Positions 47,780-56,630 of a DNA stretch of 64,000 bases are shown here, piece by piece. Under the pieces are notes generated by a model. It saw only the letters and a list, made by a program, of their open reading frames with translations. It was not told the origin of the DNA and ran no database searches. A program made the position numbers and the translations under genes. Location of the stretch: the NCBI GenBank assembly GCA_041484665.1, contig JBGPIA010000001.1, positions 864,001-928,000 on the forward strand. Reading direction: 5' to 3'. The stretch's first letter is position 1, and each line of letters starts with the position of its first letter. The DNA comes from Candidatus Krumholzibacteriia bacterium (GTDB lineage Bacteria; Krumholzibacteriota; Krumholzibacteriia; JAJRXK01).

Positions 47780-48832
47780 ATGCCGAGTCTGCCCGCCCGA
47801 CCCCCGCTCCCTGATTGGGACAGCCTCGGCTTTTCGTTCGTTCAAACGGACGCGATCTGGGTCGTGGAGGGCGACGGACGGAACGAACCCGTCTGGGGCG
47901 CGGGTGCGGTCCGTTCGTTCGCGCCCCTCGAGATCTCTCCGGCTGCCGCCATCTTCAGTTACGGGCACGGCATCTTCGAGGGGCTCAAGGTCCGCCGCGC
48001 CGCTGACGGCCGCGTGCTGGCGTTCCGCCTCACGGCCCACGCCTCGAGGTTCCAGCGGTCGGCGGCGCGGCTGCTCATGATCCCGTTTCCGGAGGAGCGG
48101 TTCATCGACGCCGTCGAAGAGTTCGTCCGGTCGAACTTCAGGTTCGTGCCACCCGCGGGCAGGGGGTCGCTCTACGTCCGGCCATTGCAGCATGCCATCG
48201 ATCCGAAGCTCGGCCACGGCGCGTGCGAACGGTTTCGCGTCCTGATGTTCGGGAGCCCCGTCGGGAGCTTCTTTACGCCCGAGCGCGCTGCGACAGGGCT
48301 GCGGCTTCGTGTGGTGCGCCGCAGTCGCGCCGCAGTGGGAGGAACCGGTGCGGCGAAGGCCATCGGAAACTACGCAGGCGGGCTCGCCGTCAACGCAGAG
48401 TGGCGGGCGCAGGGCTTCGACGAGGTCCTCTACCTGGACGCGCGCCGCCTCGAGCACATCACCGAGACCAGCGGCGCCAATGTGTTCGTGCGCCTGCACG
48501 ACGGTACGCTCGCCACGCCGCCTGCCGACGACCAGATCCTCGCCGGGATCACGCGGGATTCGGTGATACGCATCGCCCGCGATAGCCTTGGTCTGCGTGT
48601 CGCCGAGCGCCCCATCCCGCTGCTCGAGATCCTCGAGGATGCCGTCGAGATGTTTTGCACCGGCACGGCGTGGACGGTCCAGAGTATTGCTGAAGTCGTG
48701 GCCGACGAAGGTGCACGCGTCTTCCGCACCCGGGAGGTCGCCGACGCCGTGCTCGCGCCGCTGCGAGCGATCCAGCGCGGCGCCGCGCCCGACCCATTCA
48801 GCTGGACCCGCGAGATCGAAGGGGCCGGCTAG
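47780..48832 (+). CDS. ilvE: Class IV (branched-chain/aromatic) amino-acid aminotransferase
   Basis: YGHGIFEGLK, SLYVRP, GTGAAKAIGNY, ETSGANVF, ILAGITRDS and EMFCTGTA. Confidence 0.88.
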   Translation: MPSLPARPPLPDWDSLGFSFVQTDAIWVVEGDGRNEPVWGAGAVRSFAPLEISPAAAIFSYGHGIFEGLKVRRAADGRVLAFRLTAHASRFQRSAARLLMIPFPEERFIDAVEEFVRSNFRFVPPAGRGSLYVRPLQHAIDPKLGHGACERFRVLMFGSPVGSFFTPERAATGLRLRVVRRSRAAVGGTGAAKAIGNYAGGLAVNAEWRAQGFDEVLYLDARRLEHITETSGANVFVRLHDGTLATPPADDQILAGITRDSVIRIARDSLGLRVAERPIPLLEILEDAVEMFCTGTAWTVQSIAEVVADEGARVFRTREVADAVLAPLRAIQRGAAPDPFSWTREIEGAG

Positions 48833-49941
48833 GGAGGGGTCGCAAAGCCGTCCATCAGCTCGATATAGGCCGCACGGACCCGCTCGACATAGCGAAGGAG
48901 CTTCGGCAGGTCCTCCAACCGCAGGGCCTGGCCTCCGTCGCAGAGCGCCTTCTCGGGGCGCGGGTGGAAATCGACGAGCACGTTGGTGGCCCCCGCGATG
49001 ATGCCCTGCCCCACAACGTGGAAGATGTCCGGGATCCCGTCCGGCCCCAGGGCCATTCGCCCCACGCTGTGCGACGGGTCGACGCAAATCGGAAGCCGCG
49101 ACTGCCGCCTCACCACGGGGATGTGCGCGAAGTCCACGAGGTTGCGGTGTGGGTCGCCGAGGTGTGTCTTCACGCCGCGCAGGCAGAAGACGATGTTGGG
49201 GTTTCCTTCGTGGGCGATGTACTCGCAGGCATTCAGCGATTCCTCGAGCGTGATTCCCATGCCTCGCTTGAAAAGGACAGGGAACTCGCGCTGCTGGCCG
49301 ACGCTCTTCAGCAGCTCGAAGTTCTGCGAGTTGCGGGTCCCGACCTGGAGCAAGACGCCTGTGGGGCGGCCCGCGGCCTCAAGCGCGCCGCGGATCTCAT
49401 CGATGTGACGCTCGTTGGTCGCCTCCATGGCGATGACGCGTATCCCATGCTTTCCGGCCAGCTCGAAAACCCAAGGCAAGCACCCAGCGCCGAGCCCCTG
49501 GAAATCGTACGGGCTCGTGCGTGGTTTGTAGGCTCCCATGCGTGCCGTGGTGATGCCGTGGGTTGCGAGCGAGGCCATCATGGCGTCGACGTACTCGGGC
49601 GAATCCACGGCGCAAAGGCCCGCGAACACATGGACGTCACGATCGCCGAAGCGGACACCGTTGTACGTGAACTCGAAGGTGCGGGTACGCGGGTCATGGC
49701 GGCCGATCAGCCGGTATCGCGCTGCGACGCGCACAACCCGAAGCACGCCCGGCACGTCCTCGAACGGCTCCGCTGGGATCGATCCCGTGGGGCCAATGAG
49801 ATGCAGTTCGGTGAAGCGGTGCCGGTCACCTGCGAACTCATACAGCCGTGCCGACACGTCGGGGTAACGCGCCAGGATCTCACCGAGCCGGCGCACCACC
49901 GCGGCCGCGTCGGCGAGGTCGGGCTCCAGGACGACGATCAT
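48829..49941 (-). CDS. aroF: Type I-beta DAHP synthase with an N-terminal regulatory domain
   Basis: AGLCAVD, GAYKPRTSPYDFQGLG, QVGTRNSQNFELL, VLFKRG, VDPSHS and ALCDG. Confidence 0.9.
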   Translation of the reverse strand: MIVVLEPDLADAAAVVRRLGEILARYPDVSARLYEFAGDRHRFTELHLIGPTGSIPAEPFEDVPGVLRVVRVAARYRLIGRHDPRTRTFEFTYNGVRFGDRDVHVFAGLCAVDSPEYVDAMMASLATHGITTARMGAYKPRTSPYDFQGLGAGCLPWVFELAGKHGIRVIAMEATNERHIDEIRGALEAAGRPTGVLLQVGTRNSQNFELLKSVGQQREFPVLFKRGMGITLEESLNACEYIAHEGNPNIVFCLRGVKTHLGDPHRNLVDFAHIPVVRRQSRLPICVDPSHSVGRMALGPDGIPDIFHVVGQGIIAGATNVLVDFHPRPEKALCDGGQALRLEDLPKLLRYVERVRAAYIELMDGFATPP

Positions 49942-51011
49942 GGCGCCTCTCCTTTGGGGGGCTTCTGCTGGACGGCGCGGGAGAAGCGGAGGATCTCCTG
50001 GAAGATCTCGTCGATCGCATCGGGATCGAGGCCTTCCTCAGCGGCCCAGCGACGGCGTTCGATGCGGAGCTCCTTCTCGCGATGGAGATCCCGGACCGGC
50101 TGTCCCGCGAGTGCCTTGGCCCGGCCCGCACGGCGCGCGAGCTGCTCGCGCCGGGCGAGCAGTTGCACGAGCTCGCGGTCGGTGTCGTCGATCAGCTCTC
50201 GCGTCTCCCGGAGGTCGGGCGCGCGGTCCCCGAGATTCTGGATTTCGAGGCGCGGGCCTGCGGACGTGCTCTCCGCCGTGGCGGTGCCCAGCCGCTGGTG
50301 GATCTCGGTAAGGGCCGCGAGCAGGCGCTCGCGCGCCTGCGCGGCGAACGGATTGTCGTTCTGGATGGTGTAGAAGAGGTGGGCGGCGTCCGAGCGCACG
50401 GCATCGATCGTCCGGGCCATCGCCCGAAACGACGGAGGTGTGAAGGGAAGGCTCGCTCCGGCTCCAATGTCCAGAAGGCCCTTCGCCACGAAGAACGCCA
50501 GAGCGTGCGTACCAGCCATGATCCGGTCATGCTCCTCAGAGTCCTGCTCGATGACCTGACACCCGAGCCGCTCCCAGTAACGCCGCGCCTCGGCCGCGGC
50601 GTTGGGATGGAGGGAATTGGGACAGACCACCACCGCGAGGGGACGCTCGCCGAGCGCGATGCTCGTCGGGCCGAAGAGCGGGTGTGTCGCCACCCACGGG
50701 ATCGTGGCGCCGAGCACCTCCGTGAGATCCCGGACCGGGGTGCGCTTCACGCTCGAGATGTCCAGGACGAGCTGGTGGGGTGTGAGATGGGGTCGGAGCG
50801 ACACCGCCGCCTCGCGGACCTCGGAGACGGGGACGCAGAGCACGACGCGAGCGGCTCCCCGGACGAGCTCGCCGGGCGAGCCTGCCCGAAGCCGCGCCGG
50901 CACCTCGGCCGTCCGGTCCCAGGCGCGGACCCCCATCCCGGCGTCCGTCATCAACTCTGCCATCCCACGGCCGAACCGGCCGTAGCCGAGGATGGCGGTT
51001 GTATCGTTCAT
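49938..51011 (-). CDS. tyrA: Prephenate dehydrogenase fused to a C-terminal chorismate mutase (AroQ)
   Basis: GYGRFG, DISSVK, THPLFGP and EEHDRIMA; C-terminal LRETRELIDDTDRELVQLLARR...VRDLHRE. Confidence 0.9.
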   Translation of the reverse strand: MNDTTAILGYGRFGRGMAELMTDAGMGVRAWDRTAEVPARLRAGSPGELVRGAARVVLCVPVSEVREAAVSLRPHLTPHQLVLDISSVKRTPVRDLTEVLGATIPWVATHPLFGPTSIALGERPLAVVVCPNSLHPNAAAEARRYWERLGCQVIEQDSEEHDRIMAGTHALAFFVAKGLLDIGAGASLPFTPPSFRAMARTIDAVRSDAAHLFYTIQNDNPFAAQARERLLAALTEIHQRLGTATAESTSAGPRLEIQNLGDRAPDLRETRELIDDTDRELVQLLARREQLARRAGRAKALAGQPVRDLHREKELRIERRRWAAEEGLDPDAIDEIFQEILRFSRAVQQKPPKGEAP

Positions 51012-51378
51012 CGTCCCGGTCTCCGAGCTCTGGATCGACAGGCCAACCGAGGATGGACATGGTCGATGATCCCGCCGACCGAAGGCACGCGCCTCAGGGC
51101 GTTGTCGGATCGATGGACGCCGCGGTCACCTGGCACTCGTGGATCTTCGCTCCCTCCCCGTTGCGGACCGTCCACGACTCAGCGAATGGAGCCACGTGCA
51201 TCTCACCCTCGCCGAGTCCGTGGTGATGGCTGCGGATGATGACGGGGTCGGATGATAGGCGATCTCATGTGCGCAACGCCAGCGTGCGGCGAGCCGGTGG
51301 AGGCGCTGGGCCCCCGCCGAGGGCGAGGATCCGCGCGTGCGCCAGGGCTGCGCGCTGGCCGGGGTCAGTTTGGCAGGC

Positions 51379-51435
51379 ATGCACCTGCAGACGATCATGA
51401 TCAGGACGCGGGGCCCGGCCCTCGTCGAGATCGTT
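51379..51435 (+). pseudogene. Possible N-terminal stub of a YjbQ-family gene
   Basis: MHLQTIMIRTRGPALVEI resembles YjbQ N-termini (TRG..L.EIT), after which similarity is lost. Confidence 0.3.
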
Positions 51436-51840
51436 CGGTCAATTCCAGCACAGCGTGATCTTGGCCCGGCGGCCCGGGTGTTGACCCGTGGCCGCAAGAA
51501 TTCCTTCCGCGGCCACCACGCGCACATGCTCGACACGCAAGCCGCCTCTCAAGCGACACGCCCGCGCGTTCTCACCGCGCCCCCCGCCTGACGCGACCCC
51601 CAGGGCGGCGACCAACGGCCCCCCGAGCGCTGCCCCAGGGCCCAGAGAGCAGCCCGGCTACCAGCGCGGATACACTGCACCATTCGCCCGCCACCGGTCC
51701 AACTTCCGCTTGCCAGCAGTATGCACGGGCTCTACTGTCCCCTTCTCCTCTCCCTCCGACTGGCACAGTTATTGCGCCGACCTCGATCTCGTACATGGTG
51801 CTCCTCCTGTTCGCCCCACTTGGGATCGAGGTGAGCGTCT

Positions 51841-53025
51841 ATGCGTAGGATCCGCCACTCTCGGCACCGCCCCATACGCCCTGGCTCTGGACCTGATCCA
51901 TGCAAGGCCAGAGGCGCTGCTACGGTTCTTGGGTTCGGCCTGGTAGCCCTGCACAGCCTGGTCCTCTTCGTGCCCCTTGGCCTTGCTGCCTTTGCCCATC
52001 CAGGCGCGATGGTTACCAGTCACGAGCTTGCGATTGCGAAAGCCAGGATTGCTGCCGGTCAACAACCAGCGGCTGGCGCACTCAGCTACATGCAAAGCCG
52101 TCCGGAAGCCGGTCTCAGCTATGCTGCGGCTCCAGTACCCAACGTCCATCAAGACGCTTATGGTGCGAACGATGTCGGTGGGTGGACTATGATGTATGAT
52201 GCCAGGGCAGCCTATCTTCACGCGTTGCTTTGGGCGGTCACCGACAGCCCGGCGCACGCGCAGAAGAGCATCCAGATTTTGAATGCCTGGTGTTATGCCC
52301 TCAGATCGATTGGCGGCGTCAATGCAAAGCTGATTGGCGCAGCGGCCCTCATTGGGTTTGAGAATGCAGCTGAGCTTCTCAAACACACGAACAGCGGCTG
52401 GAGTATCAGCGATCAGAATCAGTTTGTCACAATGCTGCGTACAATCGGCTATCCCCTGATACAGGACTTCTCACCTTCTTCCAACGGCAATTGGGATTCT
52501 ATCATTACCCACGCTATGATCGACATGGGCGTATTCTTGGATGATCAGGTGATCTTTGACCGTGCTGTAAATTATTTTAAGAGCGGTGCTGGTAACGGAT
52601 CGCTTCCCCACTATGTCAGGACAGATGGGACAACCCAAGAAACCGCGCGTGACCCTGAACATGAGAATATGGGGATCTCCGGACTAATTGGGACCGCCCA
52701 GACCGCGCTGCATCAAGGGATTGATCTTTACAGTTTTCCGGATAACCGTTTGCTGGCAGGTGCTGAGGGAGTCGCCGCCAGAATCTATGTCTATGCACCA
52801 ATACCGGTACCGTATCCATGCTGGGAGATGGCGTATAATCACTTCCATACTTTGGGGGGCTTTGCGATGCCCAATACTGCATTGGTTCTAGCCAGGAGCG
52901 GAGTCCGGCCGGAAGACTACGGTTTGATGACGGGGATTGGGTATGGCACGCTTACGTCGTATGGAATGACGGTGCCGCTGCAGAAGTCCACCTTCGGCCA
53001 GGTCAAGGCTCTCTATGGACGCTGA
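51841..53025 (+). CDS. Secreted alginate-lyase-family (alpha/alpha toroid) protein
   Basis: Signal peptide, FAHPG, DARAAY..AL.W, ILNAW, NGNWD and QETARD..H..MG; visibly AT-richer than its flanks; tail STFGQVKALYGR. Confidence 0.8.
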   Translation: MRRIRHSRHRPIRPGSGPDPCKARGAATVLGFGLVALHSLVLFVPLGLAAFAHPGAMVTSHELAIAKARIAAGQQPAAGALSYMQSRPEAGLSYAAAPVPNVHQDAYGANDVGGWTMMYDARAAYLHALLWAVTDSPAHAQKSIQILNAWCYALRSIGGVNAKLIGAAALIGFENAAELLKHTNSGWSISDQNQFVTMLRTIGYPLIQDFSPSSNGNWDSIITHAMIDMGVFLDDQVIFDRAVNYFKSGAGNGSLPHYVRTDGTTQETARDPEHENMGISGLIGTAQTALHQGIDLYSFPDNRLLAGAEGVAARIYVYAPIPVPYPCWEMAYNHFHTLGGFAMPNTALVLARSGVRPEDYGLMTGIGYGTLTSYGMTVPLQKSTFGQVKALYGR

Positions 53026-53351
53026 GGCGGCGCTGCACAGGGTGCGCGCGTAGATCGTGGGCTTTCCACGCGCGCCCGCGACGATACACCTGCCTGGTCG
53101 CGCTGCCCTGGTCTCCTGAGGCCCGCGGCCCCCGCTGAGGCTAGGCCAGTCGACACGCCGGCAGGCCGGAGTCGGCGGGAGCGCTGTCGCAGCGACCTGC
53201 GCTCCCTCCGCCGGGGGATACGTTTTTGGCCCCACCCCCTTACGTCCGGGTGGGCTGGGACGAACTTCCGCTGCACGCGTGCGGGCCCGGCGGCGGCGCT
53301 CCGCCGAGCTTCGCACGCGCGTACGGTGGATGGCGGTCAGCCGATCGCGTC

Positions 53352-56189
53352 CTACTTCACGAGCGTCAGCTTCCGCTCCAGGGTCCGGACCGATCCGTTG
53401 GAGTCCTCTGTCTCGAGGCGATAGATGTACACGCCCGCCGCCACCGGCCGGCCCGCGGCGTCGGTGGAGTCCCACAGGCGCGCGTGGGGCCCAGCCGGCA
53501 GGTCCGCATCCAGCAGCGTGCGCACGTGGCGGCCACGTACATCGAACACCGCCAAGGTCGCGTGCGCCGGCAGGTCCAGCGAGAACGCAATCGTCGTGCG
53601 CGGGTTGAACGGGTTGGGAGCATTCTGCTGGAGCGCGAACGCGTAGCGCTCCGGTGTGTCCGCGTTCGTGGCCCCCGTCAGGATAATCGAGATGGCATCG
53701 GTCGAGACGAATCCGTTGGCGTCGGTCACCTCGAGCGTGATCGTCTCCGGCTCGACCTGCCCCACCACCTTGCTGCTGGGAACAAGGCTCTTCGTCGCGA
53801 ACTGCGGTTGCGTCGAGAGTACGCCGTTGCTGCTGGACAGCCAGCGGAATGAATAGGGTAGCTGTCCGCCAAGGCCCCGGCCGGTGAACGGGATGAGCGC
53901 GCCGATCGGGAACACCGATCCGTCGCCCGGCGTTAGGATCTGGGCGCGTGGAGCCGGCGTGTTCGCCGCCATGTACAGACGCGCCGGCACGGAAGCTTGG
54001 CTCCCTTCCTTCCCCATGTGCACGAGATCCACGTCCATGTAGAAGATGGGGGGCAGCGTCGTCTGCGGGTCGAGATACCCGCGCTCGAAGTAACCCATGT
54101 TGACGTCGCGCACCACGACCTGGTCGGCGAGCGTCTCGGGAGGTGACTCCAGCACGTTGTAACCGAACGCAGAGAGCTGGTCGAGGGCCGCTTGCAATGG
54201 AAGCGTCTGTACCGTGCCCACGGCGCTCACCGCACGTTGCACGCTGCTGACGCCCAGCAGCTCACCATGTGCCCCGATGTTCATGGTGGTGCGCCCACCC
54301 CGCCCCAGCACCGGGAACATGGGCGCTCCCGGCAATCCGAGCATGCGGCCGAAGACAACGTCGTACGAGAACAGATAGCGATCCACCTCGGTGATCTGGC
54401 CCGACGTGCCTTCCTCGAAGCCGACGGCTTGCACGGGGCGCACGGCCACCTCTTGCACCGCCGGGAGCGTGAACAGCGCCTGCAAGTACTGTCCGGCTGC
54501 GTTCGAGGCTTGGGCGGGCGTGATGGGGTTGGGTGGCAATGCCAAGGGCACCTTGAACTTGTCCAACTGCGCAAAGAGGAACCCACCCGAGATCATCGAC
54601 CCCCACAGGCTGCTGTTGCCGGCGGATGCCGCGACTGCCTCGCGGTCCTCGGCGCCCGCCTGGATGGGTGGACAGCCGCCCGTCAGCAACGGGCACAGCC
54701 GCTGCAGGAGCTGGGCCGCCAGCGCGGGGGTCATCTGCGGTGGATTCACCTGGAACATCGGCATCTCGGCGGCCAGCTGCTTCTGAAGCACCTCCGGATG
54801 CACGAGCACGCGGAGCGCCGGCGTGCCGGTCTTGCCCAGGGTGGGAGGGGGCTCCCACGCCACCGGTTCGCTCGTACGCTGTGGGCCCCGGCCGAACCAG
54901 ACGTCGCCCAACTTGCCCATCTTGCTGACGGTCTGATCGATGTACCAGTGGGTCGCGTCGGGGGAGTCGGCCTCGACGGTGCCCTCGCCCCATGTGTACT
55001 CGTTGAAATGGGCTTGGTCCTCGGCAATCAGCCGGGCGATATCACCGGAGGGTTGATTGGAGTCATTGGCGTGCCACCACGCCTGGTAGATCGTCTCGGG
55101 GGAGTCGAAGGCCCCGGTGTCCAGGAGCTTTTCCGCGATCGTCTTGCCCCAGTTGTCGGCGCTGCTGATGACGTTCACGAACCCGGCGATGGTGTGCAGT
55201 CCATCCATGGCGTTGTGGAACTTGAAGTTCACGAGATTCAGGCAGCAGTGGAGCCACACCCACTCCAGATCGAGGTTGCCCCATGCTTTGCTGGCGTCCG
55301 ACCACAGCAGCGTAGCGTCATCGCGGTCCGCACGGGCGATCGAGAGCTGATCGTCGGAACCGTGCCCGCAGTAGATGACGTGGTCGGCTGTGTCGACCCA
55401 CGTGTCGTTAGTGCCCCCCAACGAGGTCAGCTTGAAGTCCTCCTCCCACGCGTTGCTGTTGCCGAAATCGAACAACCAGTCCCAGCCGTGGTCGTTGAAG
55501 TACTCGCTGAAACGCCCCGCCGTGTTGGGGGGGCTCGACAGGTCGTTGCCGGTGCCCGGGTAGTCCGCGCACCATTCGTCGCACACTTCTGAGGCATCCT
55601 TGTTCAGTTCGGGATCGTAGAATTGGGCTGCCATCTCGTGCACGACCAATTCCGCACTGCTGGCCAGCGGCCGCAGCTGGAATCCCGTATATCGGCCTGT
55701 CGGCACCGGGAGCTCGACGCGCTGCAGGGCGCCGGCGCCGCCCCTTCCCGCCGGCACGGGCTCGATCGCCTCGATCACCCCGACGTCGGCGACCGGCGCG
55801 CCCCAGGGGTCGAGCAGATCGACGGTGAACCGGCCGCAGCGGTCGATCAGCAGAGTGATGCGGTTCACGAACTTGGGCGCGCCCGCGAAGCGGACGGTGA
55901 TGGGAGAGCGCGTGTCCGCGAGCAGGGTCAGCCCACTGGCCTGGACCCCGTCCCAGAGCGCAGCGGAGTCACCGAAGTTGCCGGCGGCGGGGGCCGAAAG
56001 ATCAGCATCGACGCAGCGGTTGACGACACGCCGCACTCTCAAGGCGGTCCCGTGGGCGTCCAGGTCGTGCATGGCCGCGCCGTCGCGCAGGCGTGTTGGC
56101 TCGGCGATGGCGAGAGACGGGAGCAGCAACGCAGTTGTGGCGAGCGCCACGCGAACGCGGCGTTGTGGGAACAATGCCAGCATGGGCAA
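53352..56189 (-). CDS. Large secreted DUF6345-like protein with an Ig/PKD-like module and a FlgD-Ig-type C-terminal domain
   Basis: Signal peptide; AWEEDFK, VDTADHVIYCGHG, WGNLDLEW and GLHTIAGF; C-terminal QNAPNPFNPRTTIAF...FDVRGRHVRTL...WD...AAGVYIYRL. Confidence 0.8.
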   Translation of the reverse strand: MPMLALFPQRRVRVALATTALLLPSLAIAEPTRLRDGAAMHDLDAHGTALRVRRVVNRCVDADLSAPAAGNFGDSAALWDGVQASGLTLLADTRSPITVRFAGAPKFVNRITLLIDRCGRFTVDLLDPWGAPVADVGVIEAIEPVPAGRGGAGALQRVELPVPTGRYTGFQLRPLASSAELVVHEMAAQFYDPELNKDASEVCDEWCADYPGTGNDLSSPPNTAGRFSEYFNDHGWDWLFDFGNSNAWEEDFKLTSLGGTNDTWVDTADHVIYCGHGSDDQLSIARADRDDATLLWSDASKAWGNLDLEWVWLHCCLNLVNFKFHNAMDGLHTIAGFVNVISSADNWGKTIAEKLLDTGAFDSPETIYQAWWHANDSNQPSGDIARLIAEDQAHFNEYTWGEGTVEADSPDATHWYIDQTVSKMGKLGDVWFGRGPQRTSEPVAWEPPPTLGKTGTPALRVLVHPEVLQKQLAAEMPMFQVNPPQMTPALAAQLLQRLCPLLTGGCPPIQAGAEDREAVAASAGNSSLWGSMISGGFLFAQLDKFKVPLALPPNPITPAQASNAAGQYLQALFTLPAVQEVAVRPVQAVGFEEGTSGQITEVDRYLFSYDVVFGRMLGLPGAPMFPVLGRGGRTTMNIGAHGELLGVSSVQRAVSAVGTVQTLPLQAALDQLSAFGYNVLESPPETLADQVVVRDVNMGYFERGYLDPQTTLPPIFYMDVDLVHMGKEGSQASVPARLYMAANTPAPRAQILTPGDGSVFPIGALIPFTGRGLGGQLPYSFRWLSSSNGVLSTQPQFATKSLVPSSKVVGQVEPETITLEVTDANGFVSTDAISIILTGATNADTPERYAFALQQNAPNPFNPRTTIAFSLDLPAHATLAVFDVRGRHVRTLLDADLPAGPHARLWDSTDAAGRPVAAGVYIYRLETEDSNGSVRTLERKLTLVK

Positions 56190-56630
56190 CCTCCGGATGG
56201 GTTGGGGCGCTCCCAGCGGGGCCGGGCGCGAGCCCGTTTCCGCGGGTCACGAGCAGGGAAGCGCCGTGGCAGCTGCGGCCGGATGCGGGCGGCGCGCGCC
56301 GGGCGCGGCAATCCACGCCGTAGCTGGAACAACGGACCGGACCTCGCCGTTCCTGCACCCGCAGTGGTCGACGCCGTACGCGCCCGGAAGACGCGCGGCG
56401 GACGGGAGGAGGGCCTGCAGCTGCAGGGTCGGCTTCTGGCGGATGATTCTACACCAAGAGCAGTGCGGCGGGGAACTTGGGCCAAAGGGCAGCGATGCCG
56501 AGGTGCTACGGCCGGCCCGCGGGCGGGGCGGATGTATGGGGGGGCGGAACAGGGAGGCTCAACAACCGCAGGAAGGATCGATCTAGCAGGCGCGCTGGCA
56601 CACCCGAGGGCGCGCCGGGGAGACGCTCGC

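Noticed and set aside
51012..51840. Riboswitch, T-box or attenuator upstream of tyrA, or an ncRNA in this long intergenic region
   Set aside because: I found no T-box consensus, Tyr/Phe-rich leader peptide or recognisable RNA motif by eye. An Rfam/Infernal scan would be needed to exclude one.
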